A DNA stretch of 64,000 bases from Eledone cirrhosa (GCA_964016885.1 OZ024743.1:260710001-260774000); one strand, 5' to 3'; shown: positions 13,258-25,852, counted from the stretch's first letter. Notes: a model not told the origin generated them from the sequence alone. Program-made: numbers and translations.

Positions 13258-13435
13258 TAATTGTTTCTACTTTTGGCACTAAAATAAAGTACCAGTACAT
13301 TACTGGTACTTTATTTTATCGACCCCGTAAGGATGAAAGGCAAAGTTGACCTCGGCGGGATTTGAAATCAGAATGGAAAGGGCCGTAATTCTATGCGTCA
13401 AAGCATGACGTCCGACCCTCTACCGATACTGCCAA
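13258..13435 (-). mobile_element. SINE family 1 copy with TSD
   Basis: TSD AAGTACAAATAAT at 13249-13261 and 13434-13446. Confidence 0.9.
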
Positions 13436-13551
13436 GTACAAATAATAGTAGATTCAAATATCACAGAGAGAGAGAAAGAGAGACAGTGGTGGGGAGAAAT
13501 GAGGTGCGACAGAAATGAAACATGGATTACAGGTCAAAATATTTTCTAGAT

Positions 13552-13755
13552 CAGGCATGTCAAACTGAAGATCCCTCGAGGTCACATATGTGTTGTCTGA
13601 GGGCCACACAAACTAATTACACACATTACAACTAATATTTTCTATTTTATATTACGAAGATAAAACATGTTCACGCTGTCAAAACCTTTGTGCGGGCCGC
13701 AGGTGTGCTTGTAAAGGGCCGCATGCGACCGGTAGCCGCATATCTATTATATCTG
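13552..13755. mobile_element. Internally deleted (MITE) derivative of the hAT element at 10219-12554
   Basis: Starts TTCTAGAT|CAGGCATGTCAAACTG. The first ~85 bp match 10219-10315 and the rest matches 12485-12540. The right TIR is decayed. Confidence 0.8.
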
Positions 13756-14614
13756 GTCGATACCATATCAGTACGTTTTGACTGATGGAAGATTAACAAA
13801 TCGAGAAACAGTGTCTGTCATGCGCAGAACATACTGGCAAATCTGTGACATTTTCACAGAGGAAAATAGAGAAAAATAAGCAGCGAGGATTCCCATGTGG
13901 GATATATTAAAACACCTTACTTACGTATATATATCGATGTTTGTATATATATGTGAACATATGTATATATATATTATATATATGTGAACATATGTATATA
14001 TATATATATATTATATATATGTGAACATATGTATGTATATGTATATATATATATGTATATAAATTTTGAGTATATGTTGGTAGTATGCAGAATGGAGCAC
14101 TCGACGTTGTGCGCAGGTTGATTTTCTATAGACTTTGGACTGAGGAATGCTCTCAAAACTAACCAATGGGAAGTTTGACCTTACAAATCTTTATAACATT
14201 GAGATGGGTATAACACATACACACATTTTATTCGATTATTTTATTTTATTTTATTTTGTTCCTTTACCATCTTATTCCTTCTACCACTTTATCACATTTT
14301 TTTTAGCTGACTCCAACAACAACACCACTACCAACACAAGAATAGAGGTTAGATGTACCTAACAATAACAAGAACAACAACTACAGTTTGGCTTGCCTCA
14401 GAACGAATTTCTATAGACTTTTGACTGAGGAATGTTCTAACAACTGACCAATGAGAGGAGAAGAGGCCCTTTGACGCTGAAATTCGTTTGTTTAAATTCA
14501 TGATTCCAGTTCCTCAGTGAAATAACAACCCAACTAGGAACTGGGCATATCGGAATATTGACAAAGTTATACACCTCAACAACATGTGTACTCGTTTCTA
14601 CCACACTAATTCGG

Positions 14615-14669
14615 ACTGCCTGAAGAGGTCACAGCCAAAGATGGCTGTCACCGAAATATATATAGCAGT
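14615..14669 (+). ncRNA. Minimal type I hammerhead ribozyme with intact core
   Basis: ACTGC-CTGAAGA-GGTCACAGCCA-AAGA-TGGCTGTCACC-GAAA-TATATA-TA-GCAGT: 5-bp stem I, 10/11-bp stem II, palindromic stem III and an AUA site. AATAAA follows, then (TA)n. Confidence 0.8.
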
Positions 14670-14728
14670 AATAAACGAAGCCAAATTTTAAACATTTGAC
14701 TTATTTATTATATTTTATTTTATATATG

Positions 14729-14787
<59 letters not shown>

Positions 14788-14999
14788 GGGATAACAAATT
14801 ATTGTTATAGGTAGTCCACTTAGATGTAGTCCAGTTAGGGTACTCCGAGTAGTGGTTAGTATCAACGCTTGGCTAAGTTTGACTCAACAAGGCGTTTCCA
14901 TAGTGATGCTGCGAGTACGCGGTGATTTCTATGTAGTTTACACTTGCAATGTGATTAAATCACTTATTGTATAGCAAACCGTGTCACTCTTCTTTCTTG

Positions 15000-15037
<38 letters not shown>

Positions 15038-15180
15038 TTATATACATATGTATATCTGTATGTATATATATATTTTATATGTATATATATGTGTGAGTGT
15101 GTGTTATTCTAATATATATATATGTGGGAGGGGGGGTATAGTATGATATAATATATATATATAATATGTATATACATAAA

Positions 15181-15219
<39 letters not shown>

Positions 15220-15283
15220 CATATATATAAGTATGCATATATACACTTACTTATTATATATATATACGATATATAACACTGTA

Positions 15284-15317
<34 letters not shown>

Positions 15318-15353
15318 TTCTTTTTAAAATAGAGGTGTGACACACGAGTTGTG

Positions 15354-15710
15354 ATATATTAGTAAAAAGGAAAAGAAAATGCTGACAAATTTTTCCCAGT
15401 GAAAAATAGTTTAATTAGAAATAAGTATAAATTAGTAATAAGTATTGGTTGGTATTCAGTTTTAGTTTTAAGTTTTTACATGTTGCGCATTTCTTATGCT
15501 TTTCAAAAATAATTTTGAGATAGAGTGCTCGTGGTTTGTGCTCTAATCTGATCAGTTTTGGAAAAACTTAAAACTAAAACTGAATACTTAAACTTAAAAC
15601 TAAAACTGAATACTAACTAATACTTATTACTAATTTATACTTATTCCTAATTAAACTATTTTCACTGGGAAAAATTTGTCAGCATTTTCTTTTCCTTTTT
15701 ACTAATATAT
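15354..15710. mobile_element. Element with ~120-bp inverted arms around a decayed hammerhead-like core (minus strand, about 15504-15560)
   Basis: TAGTAAAAAGGAAAAGAAAATGCTGACAAATTTTTCCCAGTG versus CACTGGGAAAAATTTGTCAGCATTTTCTTTTCCTTTTTACTA. The centre reads CAAAA-CTGATCA-stem-CAAA...TTTTG on the minus strand. Confidence 0.65.
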
Positions 15711-16502
15711 ATATATATATATATATTAAAATAACAGATTAAATTTTAAGCAAAGAATCGCTGCTTTCACCCTTAACGGGATCTTCTGAAACTAAAACAA
15801 AATCAATCTGTTAACGCATGTTTGTATATGTGGGCGAGTGTATATGTATGTATATGTATATATGTATATGTATATTGGTGTTTTTTTATATACACATATA
15901 TGTATGTATGTATATGTGTATATATGTCTATGTATGAGTGTGTATGTGTGTTTGCGCGTATGTATGTTGTGTATATGTGTACATAGGGTTTTGGTATATG
16001 TACGTTTGTTGAACATATTTGTATTTACGTGTAGGTATGTGTGTGAGTAATATACGCATTTATGCGCGTATATTTATACACACATACACACACACACACA
16101 CACACATACACACATATATATATATATATGTGTATTTGGTGTATACGTTCGTATGTGTGTGGGTACGTTTACGTACGTGTGCGCGTGTTTATGTGTTGTG
16201 CATGTATATGTATGTATGGCGTGTGTTTTCGAGTATGCACGTGTATGTACATATATAGATGTGTGTATGTATATATTTAATTATTATTACTTTTATGATT
16301 TTAACAACCTATTTTATTTTCGTTCAACTAATTTATTTACATTATTCTTATTTCATCCTTACGGAGTCGATAGATTAAAGTACCAGTCACGCACTGGGTC
16401 GATTTAATCGATTTTCTCCTCCCCAAAAATTGCTGGCCTTGTGCCTATATAAGAAACCCTTATTCTTAACTCTGAAGCCGAGAATAATAATAATAATAAT
16501 AA

Positions 16503-16662
16503 CCGCCACGCTTTTTGGAATGCTTCAAAAGGCATGCTTGCTGGGAACAGCAAGAACTCTCCGATACGTCCTGAATATCTGAGGCTGCAGGTAGTGGCTT
16601 GATATTCATTCATTTCAACAAACTTTCCAGTTAACTAACATCGATGACTGAGACTCAAAGAA
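16503..16662 (+). mobile_element. 3' end of an R4/Dong-type non-LTR element in a (TAA)n array
   Basis: Reads GMLQKACLLGTARTLRYVLNI*, a typical R4/Dong C-terminus, with (TAA)n on both sides. Confidence 0.75.
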
Positions 16663-16663
16663 C

Positions 16664-16696
<33 letters not shown>

Positions 16697-16940
16697 TGTT
16701 TCTACTTTTGGCACAAGGCCAGCAATTACCCAGTGCATTACTGGTACTTTACATTATCGACCCCGTAAGGATGAAAGGCAAAGTTAACCTCGGCAACATT
16801 CGGTTTCCTAAATAGAATATTAGTCTAATGACTATTTTTTTTTATTTTAACGTGGTTTTGTCTTTGCGTGTAATTCTCAGCGCTCCACATAACGACGTAT
16901 TATCTTCGCTTTTTTTCTGTTCATTGCCAGAGAACGTCTC

Positions 16941-17066
16941 CACGAACCAAAGTATCGTCTTTCGAAATATTTGCTTCTGCGTTCACAGATTGATTTTTTT
17001 TTTAGTTTCAGATCCCGTTAAGGGTGAAAGCAGTGATTCTTTGCTTAAACTTTAATCTATTTTAAT
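16941..17066 (+). repeat. Dispersed short repeat family (also 15724-15818 on - and 49428-49583 on +) with a hammerhead-like fold
   Basis: Shared TTCTGCGTTCACAGATTGATTT..TAGTTTCAGA(AGA)TCC....AAGGGTGAAA....GATTCTTTGCTTAAA. Confidence 0.75.
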
Positions 17067-17162
17067 AATGTTTGCTCTATGGTTTTTATAAATTTGATAT
17101 ATATTTATCCTTATCGAACCCTCTTTGGATTTTAGTGTTCACATTTATTATTATTATTACTA

Positions 17163-17352
17163 TGGTGGATTGGCAGTATCGGTAGAGGGTCGGACGCCAT
17201 GCTTTCCAGTATAGTTACGTCCCTTTACGATCTGAGTTCAAATCCCGCCGAGGTTGACTTTGCCTTTCATCCTTACGGGGTCGATAAAATAAAGTACCAG
17301 TAATGCACTAGGTAATTGCTGGCCTTGTGTCTAAAGTAGAAACAATTATTAC
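17163..17352 (+). mobile_element. Full-length tRNA-derived SINE family 1 (reference copy)
   Basis: GGTGGATTGGCAGTATCGGTAGAG A-box and GAGTTCAAATCC B-box. The central GCCTTTCATCCTTACGGGGTCGATAAAATAAAGTACCAG resembles, from memory, the MetaSINE-type central domain. (ATT)n tail. Confidence 0.9.
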
Positions 17353-17370
17353 TATATATATATATGTGTA

Positions 17371-17643
17371 TATTGTTATACTTTGGGAGAGTCATGTTGC
17401 CAATGAGAAACACACGCACCAGTTCTTTCACTTCAATTTATTATAAATTTTATAAATTTTATAAATATAAATTTCATAAATTTTATAAATTTCTGGTTGG
17501 TTGGTTGGTTGGTTCCACAACCGGATGGTTGTTCATATATTGTCAAAGTGTATTGGTAACATGACCCTCCTAAAGTATAACAATATCGGTTTCAACATAC
17601 GTTTTCAGATAAAGAATCTTGCTAAACAAATTCAGAAACGAAA
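17371..17643. mobile_element. Internally deleted relative of the palindromic Penelope-derived element at 26940
   Basis: The left part matches 26941-27090 and the right part matches 27418-27510; the central ribozyme-bearing part is absent. Confidence 0.85.
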
Positions 17644-17692
<49 letters not shown>

Positions 17693-17696
<4 letters not shown>

Positions 17697-19536
17697 TCAT
17701 CATCATCATCATCAACGTTTAACGTCCGTGTTCCACGCTTGCATGGGTTTGGAAGGGGGTAGTCCCACTTGAGGCAAGAGTGATTGTCTTGCTCGCATAG
17801 GACTGTCTGGCAGGTTTTCTACAGTTGGATGCCCTTCCTAACACCAACCACATTTACAGTGTGGGTCTGGGAGGTTTTTACCGTGTTGCCTACACGGCCA
17901 CATTACAGCGTGGACTGTGTGTTTTTTTGTCGTGACACCTACACGATCTCATTTGTTTCGGCCTCGATGGCGCGGCACCAACATAACTTTACATAGAACG
18001 GGGTGGTGTGGATGGGGTGGGAGTGGTGGTGGTGGTGGTGGGACGGGGTGTATTTTGTTAGAGATGCCTACTGGCTGGAGTAGGTTTTACTATATATTTA
18101 GGTAAGGCGGGTCTTCTCTGTTACTGAGTACCGCCAAAGGTCTCGGTCCAGTGACATTGTCTTGGAGAGGTGTAAGTGTGTGATGTCGGAGTTTATCAGC
18201 TCGTCCCAGGTTTTTCTAGGTCTGCCTATTCCGTGACTACCGTCTATCTTTATTGCCCTGCACTTTGTTATACAGCTATCGACTTTCATGCGCATCACGT
18301 GTCCATACCAACGTAACCTTCTCTCGAGTAAACAACATCTGATCCCTCTTATCTCTAATTTTTTCCTTAGTTCGTTTATGCTTTGCCGTTCACGTATATT
18401 ACTGTTACACATCCAGCGGAGCATGCAAGCTTCGTTCCTCTCTAGTCTGCGTATATCCTCTGCACACAATACCCAGGTCTCACTGCCATGCAGCATTGCT
18501 GTTCGTATGCAGGCATCGTACAACCTGCCTTTCATTTTTAGGGAGAACCCTTTAGCAGCTAATAGTGGTATAAGCTCTCTGAACTTTTTCCAACCAGTTC
18601 TGACTCTAGCTACAGTACTTTCAGAGCACCCTCCCCCACTGCTGATTTTATCGCCCAGGTAACGGAAGCTGTCCACTATTTCTATAGAACCCTCTGCGCA
18701 ATTGAAAGAGCTAGTATTTTGTGGGCACTTGCTGCTACTTATTGCACCAGAACACCGGCCACATGTAAAATCTATGTTCTTAGTTAGCTTACCTGTGATC
18801 CCACTACATCTTTTATGCACCCATACTTTGCATTTAGGACATAAAATGGAGTTTCTACCTACGCCTTTCCTACACACCGAGCACGACCATTTCCCAGAAG
18901 GGACCGCCGCCTTGTTTTCTTTCCTACAAACTAGTACTTTGGTCTTAGCCAGGTTAATTTTAAGTCCTTTTGACTCTAGGCCGTGCTTCCATGTTTGGAA
19001 TTTCTTCTCTAGCTCGGCCATTGATTCCGCTATGAGTGTCAGGTCGTCTGCGTATAGGAGTTCCCATGGGCAGCCTGCTTGAACTCCTCTGTTATAGCCT
19101 GAAGGGCAATAATAAATAGTAGTGGGCTGAGAACAGAGCCCTGATGGACGCCAACTTTTACGCTAAACTCTTCACTATATTCGTTGTTAATTCTAACCTT
19201 GCTGACTGTTTCTTTATACATGGCTTGTATAGCCCTCACAAGCCATTCGTCAACGCCTAGTTTTCTAAGAGCCCACCAGATAATGGAGCGGGGGACTCTG
19301 TCGAAGGCTTTCTCCAAGTCGACAAAAGCTAAGTAGAGGGGTTTACCTTTAGCTAGGTACTTCTCCTGTAGTTGTCGTACAATGAAAAGAGCGTCTGTGG
19401 TACTTTTGCCTGACACAAACCCGAACTGCATTTCATCTAGATCGATTCTCTCTCTGATTAGTTGCGCTATTACTTTTTCCGTGACCTTCATGACCTGGTC
19501 GATTAATTTAATGCCTCTATAGTTACTCCTATCTAG

Positions 19537-19540
<4 letters not shown>
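17693..19540 (-). mobile_element. 5'-truncated RTE-clade LINE: RT with a 1-nt frameshift near 19077, a PHD-like finger, 3' UTR and (GAT)n tail
   Basis: QFGF, DLEKAFD and GVHQGSVLSP (19039-19491); LLYADDL in the next frame (~19040-19062); FRYLG, HGSETW and [11 protein letters not shown] (18098-19021). Flanked by (TA)n. Confidence 0.95.
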
Positions 19541-19588
<48 letters not shown>

Positions 19589-19723
19589 GCATATATTATA
19601 TATATATATGCATAATGTATATATATTATATTATATAATGTACTGGGTAATTGCTGGCCTTGTGCCTAAAAGTAGAAACAATTATATTATATATATATAT
19701 ATATATGTATATATAGAGAGAGC

Positions 19724-19759
<36 letters not shown>

Positions 19760-19773
19760 TGTGTAAATAATAT

Positions 19774-19815
<42 letters not shown>

Positions 19816-19869
19816 CATACATACATACATACATACATACATACATACATACATACATACATACATACA

Positions 19870-19906
<37 letters not shown>

Positions 19907-20225
19907 CCAAAGAAAAGTATCGAATAAGTTTCTTAACTTTCTATACGTTACAAGTTTCGATCAGATATCTTCTGTATACGTCTATCTTTCTCTATCTTTT
20001 TCCTTAAAAACTATCTCTCATCATACCTTCCAACCATTACAACTTAACCATATTATGCTTTGTTTAAAACTATTTGGTAATCATATAGTCACCTTTTTAG
20101 CTCTCTACTTACAAATAGAATTATATTTTCACCTTTGCTATATATATATATATTATTTTTATCTAAAGAGCTTTTTTCCAATTCCAACATTCCCGTCCCC
20201 TCAATCTATCTTATTTCTCATTCTT

Positions 20226-20261
20226 TCTTCTGATGAAGGACTAGCGTCCGAAACGTTAAGA
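20226..20261 (+). ncRNA. Minimal type I hammerhead ribozyme (family A, best copy) inside a ~440-bp element (about 19905-20350)
   Basis: TCTT-CTGATGA-A-GGAC-TAGC-GTCC-GAAA-CG-TT-AAGA: stem I TCTT/AAGA, stem II GGAC/GTCC, loopless palindromic stem III ACGT and a GUU site. Confidence 0.78.
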
Positions 20262-20408
20262 CCCTCTTCCTGCTATATTAAGCGTTAATCTAATATATCC
20301 CTTCCATATACTGTACCGATTGTGTTGTTATTTCTGTTTACCTTTTACATACATATATATATATAGAGAGAGAGATAGATATATATAGATATATGTGTAT
20401 ATATATAT

Positions 20409-20478
<70 letters not shown>

Positions 20479-20479
20479 A

Positions 20480-20534
<55 letters not shown>

Positions 20535-20639
20535 TATATACTTATACATTATATATGGAATATATGTATGTATTTCTATAAATATATTTATAATATATTC
20601 ATAATGTATATATAAGGATATATAAGGATAAATTTGTAT

Positions 20640-20679
<40 letters not shown>

Positions 20680-20913
20680 ACGTATTTACCATTGTAACTA
20701 CACGTGTGTTTGTGTATGCGTGTTCAGATGTAACATTGGCTAGATGAGAGCGTTTATAATATCTGCACGCACGTTCGCAATGGGTGTGAGTGTTTTGTGG
20801 TGTAAATAAATGTGTATGAATTCATGCGTTTGTATGTAACTCTTTTTGATTGTATATATGTAAACGTATAATGTATATGCGTTTGTGTACGTGCGTGTTT
20901 AGATGTGAGTAGG

Positions 20914-20957
<44 letters not shown>

Positions 20958-20970
20958 CACACACACACAT

Positions 20971-21038
<68 letters not shown>

Positions 21039-21119
21039 GCACGCGTGTTTGTGCGATCGTAGGTGTTTTATTGAGTTTAATTGTTGGAAAGAACGCCGTG
21101 GATAATCCAAAAGTTGGAT

Positions 21120-24100
21120 TTCAGGAGGAGGGGTTATGAATTGAAAAAACTAAACAAAGAAAGGGGAAAAGGAAAAAGACAAAATCTGGAAGAAGAGAAA
21201 TGGTAAATAAGAAGAAGAAAATTAAAGAGACGTTGGTTATGCTGGATAAGAAATCCAAAATACGGGAAAATGGAAGGAAAGGAAAAAATTCATAAGACAA
21301 TAGCAGACGATAGGAGAAAGAGAAATGGAAGGTAGGTAAGGAGTGAGGAAGGGAGGTCGAATTTGAACAGAATACGTACTGGAGGAGGGGGTATGAAAGT
21401 TGTCGTAGTGGTGATTGTGGTGGTGATGATGGTGGTGGTGGTCGTCGTCGTCGTGGTTGCGGTGAGTAATGCAATAGGTGAAACGTTTTGAAATGGAGGT
21501 GGGAAGAGTAGAGAAAAACAAGAGAATTAATGATAGAAATGAAAGGAAAGAAAGAACGAAAGAAAAACACGAAAGAGAGAACGATGGAAAGGAATTAATG
21601 GGAAAAGGTAAGAAAGCAAGAGAAATAGCAAATGTTGTGGTCGACAAGTTTGTGTTAGAAAACGAAGAAATAAATGCGATTGTGTGAATGAGAAAAATAA
21701 AGAAGGGAGTAGAAAACGAAGGGAATAAGAAAAGAAGGGAGGAAAAAGAAAAGAAGAAAAGTATGAGAAAATAAAAAAAACTACATAATAAGAAAGACGA
21801 AGAAGGAATAAGAACTACAAAATAAAAGGAATTAAAGTAAAGAAAGAAAAAGTTGGTGTGTGCAAAATATGAAGGTAAAAAACGAAAAAATTGTGAACAA
21901 ATTCATTAAAGAATGAAGACGAAAATGAAAATCAGCTATTAAACGAAGAAAAAAAACGAAGGAAATCAGAGGAAAGAACTTTTTAAATATTTATTTATGT
22001 TTTTCATTTTATTAATTTACTTATTTAACACAAGGTGAACATTTTGTTGGGCAAGGATGGTTATAGTTGATATAATCTACATTAGTTTATAACTGGTATT
22101 GATTTTTATCAACTTCGTCAAAACGATATTGGAACCCGGTGAGATTTAAACTCTTAAATTTCTCTCTAGTCGAAGAAGATAAACAACGACACCACGAACA
22201 ATAAGAGCAGCAATGACAATAATATATAAGTAAAAAAATGTATCTTGCTAGAAATATTAGCTAAATCTCCCTCAATTCGCATCCTATAGTCTTAACACAA
22301 AGAAAGAACACACTAGACAATGTAGTTATCCATCCATGGATTCTTAACTTCTCATGAAGTCGTAGGGACGCCGTCATGACATGCTTGGTGGAGCTCATCC
22401 CTCTCCAAGCCGGAAACATAGCCGATTTCTTAGAGAGAGAGGGGGGTGAGAAAGAGGAAGTGAGAAAGAAAGACGGATGGAGAATTGACCCTAGCAATGA
22501 ACTGGTACTTTATTTATCGACCTCGAAAGGATCAAAAACAATATTGAGCTTAGCTGAGTTTTGAACTCAGATCGTAATTGAACTCAGATCGTAATTGAAC
22601 TCAGATCGTAATTGAACTCAGATCGTAATTGAACTCAGATCGCAAAAAGCCAGAATGAATATTTAAAAACATTTTATCCGGCGTTCCAGCGACTCGACCA
22701 ATTCGACACTTCAATATAGTTATAAATAAAGAAAAGAAAATAGATGTAGTGGTCATATCTGGAATAATGCCCTTGATCACGTGACCTGGGTTAATAAACA
22801 ACAACAGAAGTTAGAAAAATATTGAGATACAGAAGGTAGAGAGAATGACAAAATAGAGAGAGTGGAGCGTGAATGGGAAAATAGGAAGAAAGAAAGAGAA
22901 AGAAAGAGAAAGAAAGAAAGACAGAAAAAATAAAAAAAGAAAGAAAGGAAGAAAGAGAAAGAAAGAAAAGAAGGAAGGAAGAAAAAGACAGAAAAAAGAA
23001 AAAAGAAAGAAAGGAAGGAAGAAAGAGAAAGAAAGAAAAGAAGAAAGGAAGAAAAAGACAGAAAAAAGAAAAAGGAAAGAAAGGAAGGAAGAAAGAGAAA
23101 GAAAGAAAAGAAGAAAGAGTGACAGAAAAAAGAAAGAAAAAGAAAGAAAAGAAAGAAAGAAATATCAAAACGCAAAAAAAAAACGAAAAAAACGAAGTGC
23201 GAAAGAAAGGAAGAAGGAAAGAATGAATGAATGAAAAGAAATTGAAGAAATAAATAAATTAATCAGTGATAGAATGAAAGATAGAAAGAAAGAACAGTAA
23301 GGAAAGAAAGAAAGAAAGAACGCTGAAGAAAGAAAGAAGATTGAAGAAGCGTGAGTGTATGAAAGTTAAGAAAAGAATGAGAAAAAATTCGGAGAGAAAG
23401 GAGGAAGAGGATAAGGGGGTGGGAGAAGGAGGATAGTGTGCTGTGTAATGGAGGAAAGTAAGCAATAAACATGGTATATATCACCACTTTTATGACCATC
23501 TTCACCACCACGATCCCCACCACCACCATTACAACTAATCGAATTACCATTATTGCTACTATAACTACCACCACCATCACTGATATACTATAACCCCTAC
23601 TACTAACACCACCACTACAATAACCGCCCCACCACATAGGTTTACTCGTTCAAGGCTAACCTAGGGTTAAACAACAGCAGCAATAGAAGTATCACTAATA
23701 CGATTAGCAATATCACCGCCACTACCACCACCTCCACAACAACCTCTGTTAACACTATTATCGCCACCAACACCACTACAATCGGTAAGACCATCACCAC
23801 CTGCATAAGTACGACTATCACGACTATCACCACTACCACCACCACCATCATCATCATCATTAACACCAATATCACCATCACTAGCACCTGTATTAACATC
23901 AACAGCAGCACCACCACCACCACCACTATCACCTCTATTAGGAACGATATCATCACTACCATCTCTATTAACGCCAATACCAACACCACTACCACTACTA
24001 CCACCTCCACCATCACCTCTATTACCACCAATACCACCACCTCCACCGTCACCTCTATTAACACCACTACCACCACTACCACCACCACCACCAATACCAC

Positions 24101-24345
24101 TACCACCACCACCACCAATACCACTACCACCACCTCCACCGTCACCCCCATCAACACCAATAACACCACCACTACCACCACTACCACCATTTCCACCATC
24201 ACTTCTATTAACACCAATACCACCACCACTTCCCCACCACCACTACCACCACCTCCACCATCACCCCTATTAACACCAATACCATCACCACTACCACCAT
24301 TAACACCACCCCCAACCTCACCACTTTTATTAACACCAATATCAA
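21120..24345. repeat. Low-complexity block: purine-rich tracts (21120-21980, 22860-23460) and an (ACC/ACT)n-rich tract (23480-24345)
   Basis: Directly visible (GAAA)n-like and (CAC)n-like repeats. Confidence 0.9.
22490..22715 (-). mobile_element. Degenerate SINE family 1 copy containing a 17-bp tandem array (22561-22643)
   Basis: CTGGTACTTTATTTATCGACC core; TTGAACTCAGATCGTAA repeated about 4.8 times. Confidence 0.75.
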
Positions 24346-24394
24346 CAGCCAGTCAGCTAGTCACATTACAAATGTAATGATAAAAAAAAGACAC

Positions 24395-24520
24395 AGCCGC
24401 CGCTGCCTATTTGATACGGCTCGACCAATCAGCAGCGCTTAGTTTTGTTTCTGGCTTTCCATATAAAGCAGAGACGTGAAAACAACCAAACGAAAGGTGA
24501 TCGATATTATTCAGGTGAGG
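24395..24520 (+). promoter_or_regulatory. Candidate Pol II core promoter and short non-coding first exon for Dbx
   Basis: Non-repetitive island with CCAATCAG (24425-24432), TATAAA (24462-24467) and a donor-like CAG|GTGAGG (GT at 24515). A pyrimidine tract plus CAG acceptor lies at 28081-28113, upstream of the ATG. Motif evidence only. Confidence 0.4.
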
Positions 24521-25723
24521 ACGCAGCAAAAACTGTAGCTCTTCTACGGTTTTTTTTATAAAAAAAGGAGGAGACAAACCTCCAAAAATACAGATCATCT
24601 TTTCCCCAAGCCTACAAAATATTTATGTATATCTATATCTATGTAGATAAGTAGAAATCGTTATGTTATTTCGCCAAACATATTTATATTTAAGCATTAT
24701 TTTTTACGTGGCTTTCTCTATGTGTGTTTACATATAATATACAAACACACCCACACACAAACGCCCCCAGCCCCACACACATATATATATATATATATAC
24801 CTATATATATATATATATATATTATATTATATTATATTATATTATATTATATTATATTATATTATATGAATTACGCAAGCAACAGGGACAAGAAAATCAA
24901 ATCACAACTAATATGCCGAGAAAACCGCAAGTAAACAGAGAAAAATCAGCGATTGACTGTGATTGAAAATGATCAGTTAACAAGCTATGTATTTATAATG
25001 TATATGTATTGCAATATTTATTATATATATTATTAATATATTACATATATTATTAATACACCCCATTGGTCATTTTCATTATTCGGCGACGATTTACGGA
25101 AAAGAAAAGAGCGAAAAAGAAGGGAAAACTTTGGATTTATATACATATATATATATAGCAACAGTCATTGTAATTAACGGATATTGCATGCAATTTACTA
25201 TCTATAAGGAGATACATTTTATATGTATATATATATATAATGTGAATAACTATACAACTATCGTCTATCGTCGTAAGTTGTAAATTTTCTTTACGCATTC
25301 ATTATTTATTTATATATTTACATCTCTTGACTTGTTATCAATAGACACATTCTCTATAAACATATTGCTTTATATTTTACTAATACATTCTTTATATACA
25401 TATATTCTGACATCCTGAAAACTATACACAAACTGTAATATTACGACTGTAAATGATACATAAGCATTGACACACATATACACACTATATAGTTAAATGT
25501 CTATGTGTTCAAAATCTGTAAAAGTTTGCCTAATAAATCCATGTAAAAATATGAGGTTATAATAAAAACAAAATTTAAGCAAATTGATCCTGTATCGAAC
25601 ATTCCACAGAAAATCGTTGCATTCCTATTTGTGGAGATGGGGAAATGAAGTTTATTCATTGTAAGGATATATAATTAGCTTAAAGAATATTTATTATAAA
25701 GAATATTCATTTACGTATCTCAT

Positions 25724-25777
<54 letters not shown>

Positions 25778-25794
25778 TATATATATATATATAC

Positions 25795-25847
<53 letters not shown>

Positions 25848-25852
<5 letters not shown>

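Noticed and set aside
17163-17250. tRNA genes at SINE heads
   Set aside because: A and B boxes are present, but the heads run into SINE core and tail without a clean cloverleaf.
22777-24229. Lys/Arg/Glu-rich, Phe/Leu/Ser-rich and poly-Val ORFs
   Set aside because: Low-complexity purine and (ACC)n tracts with no domain or splice support.
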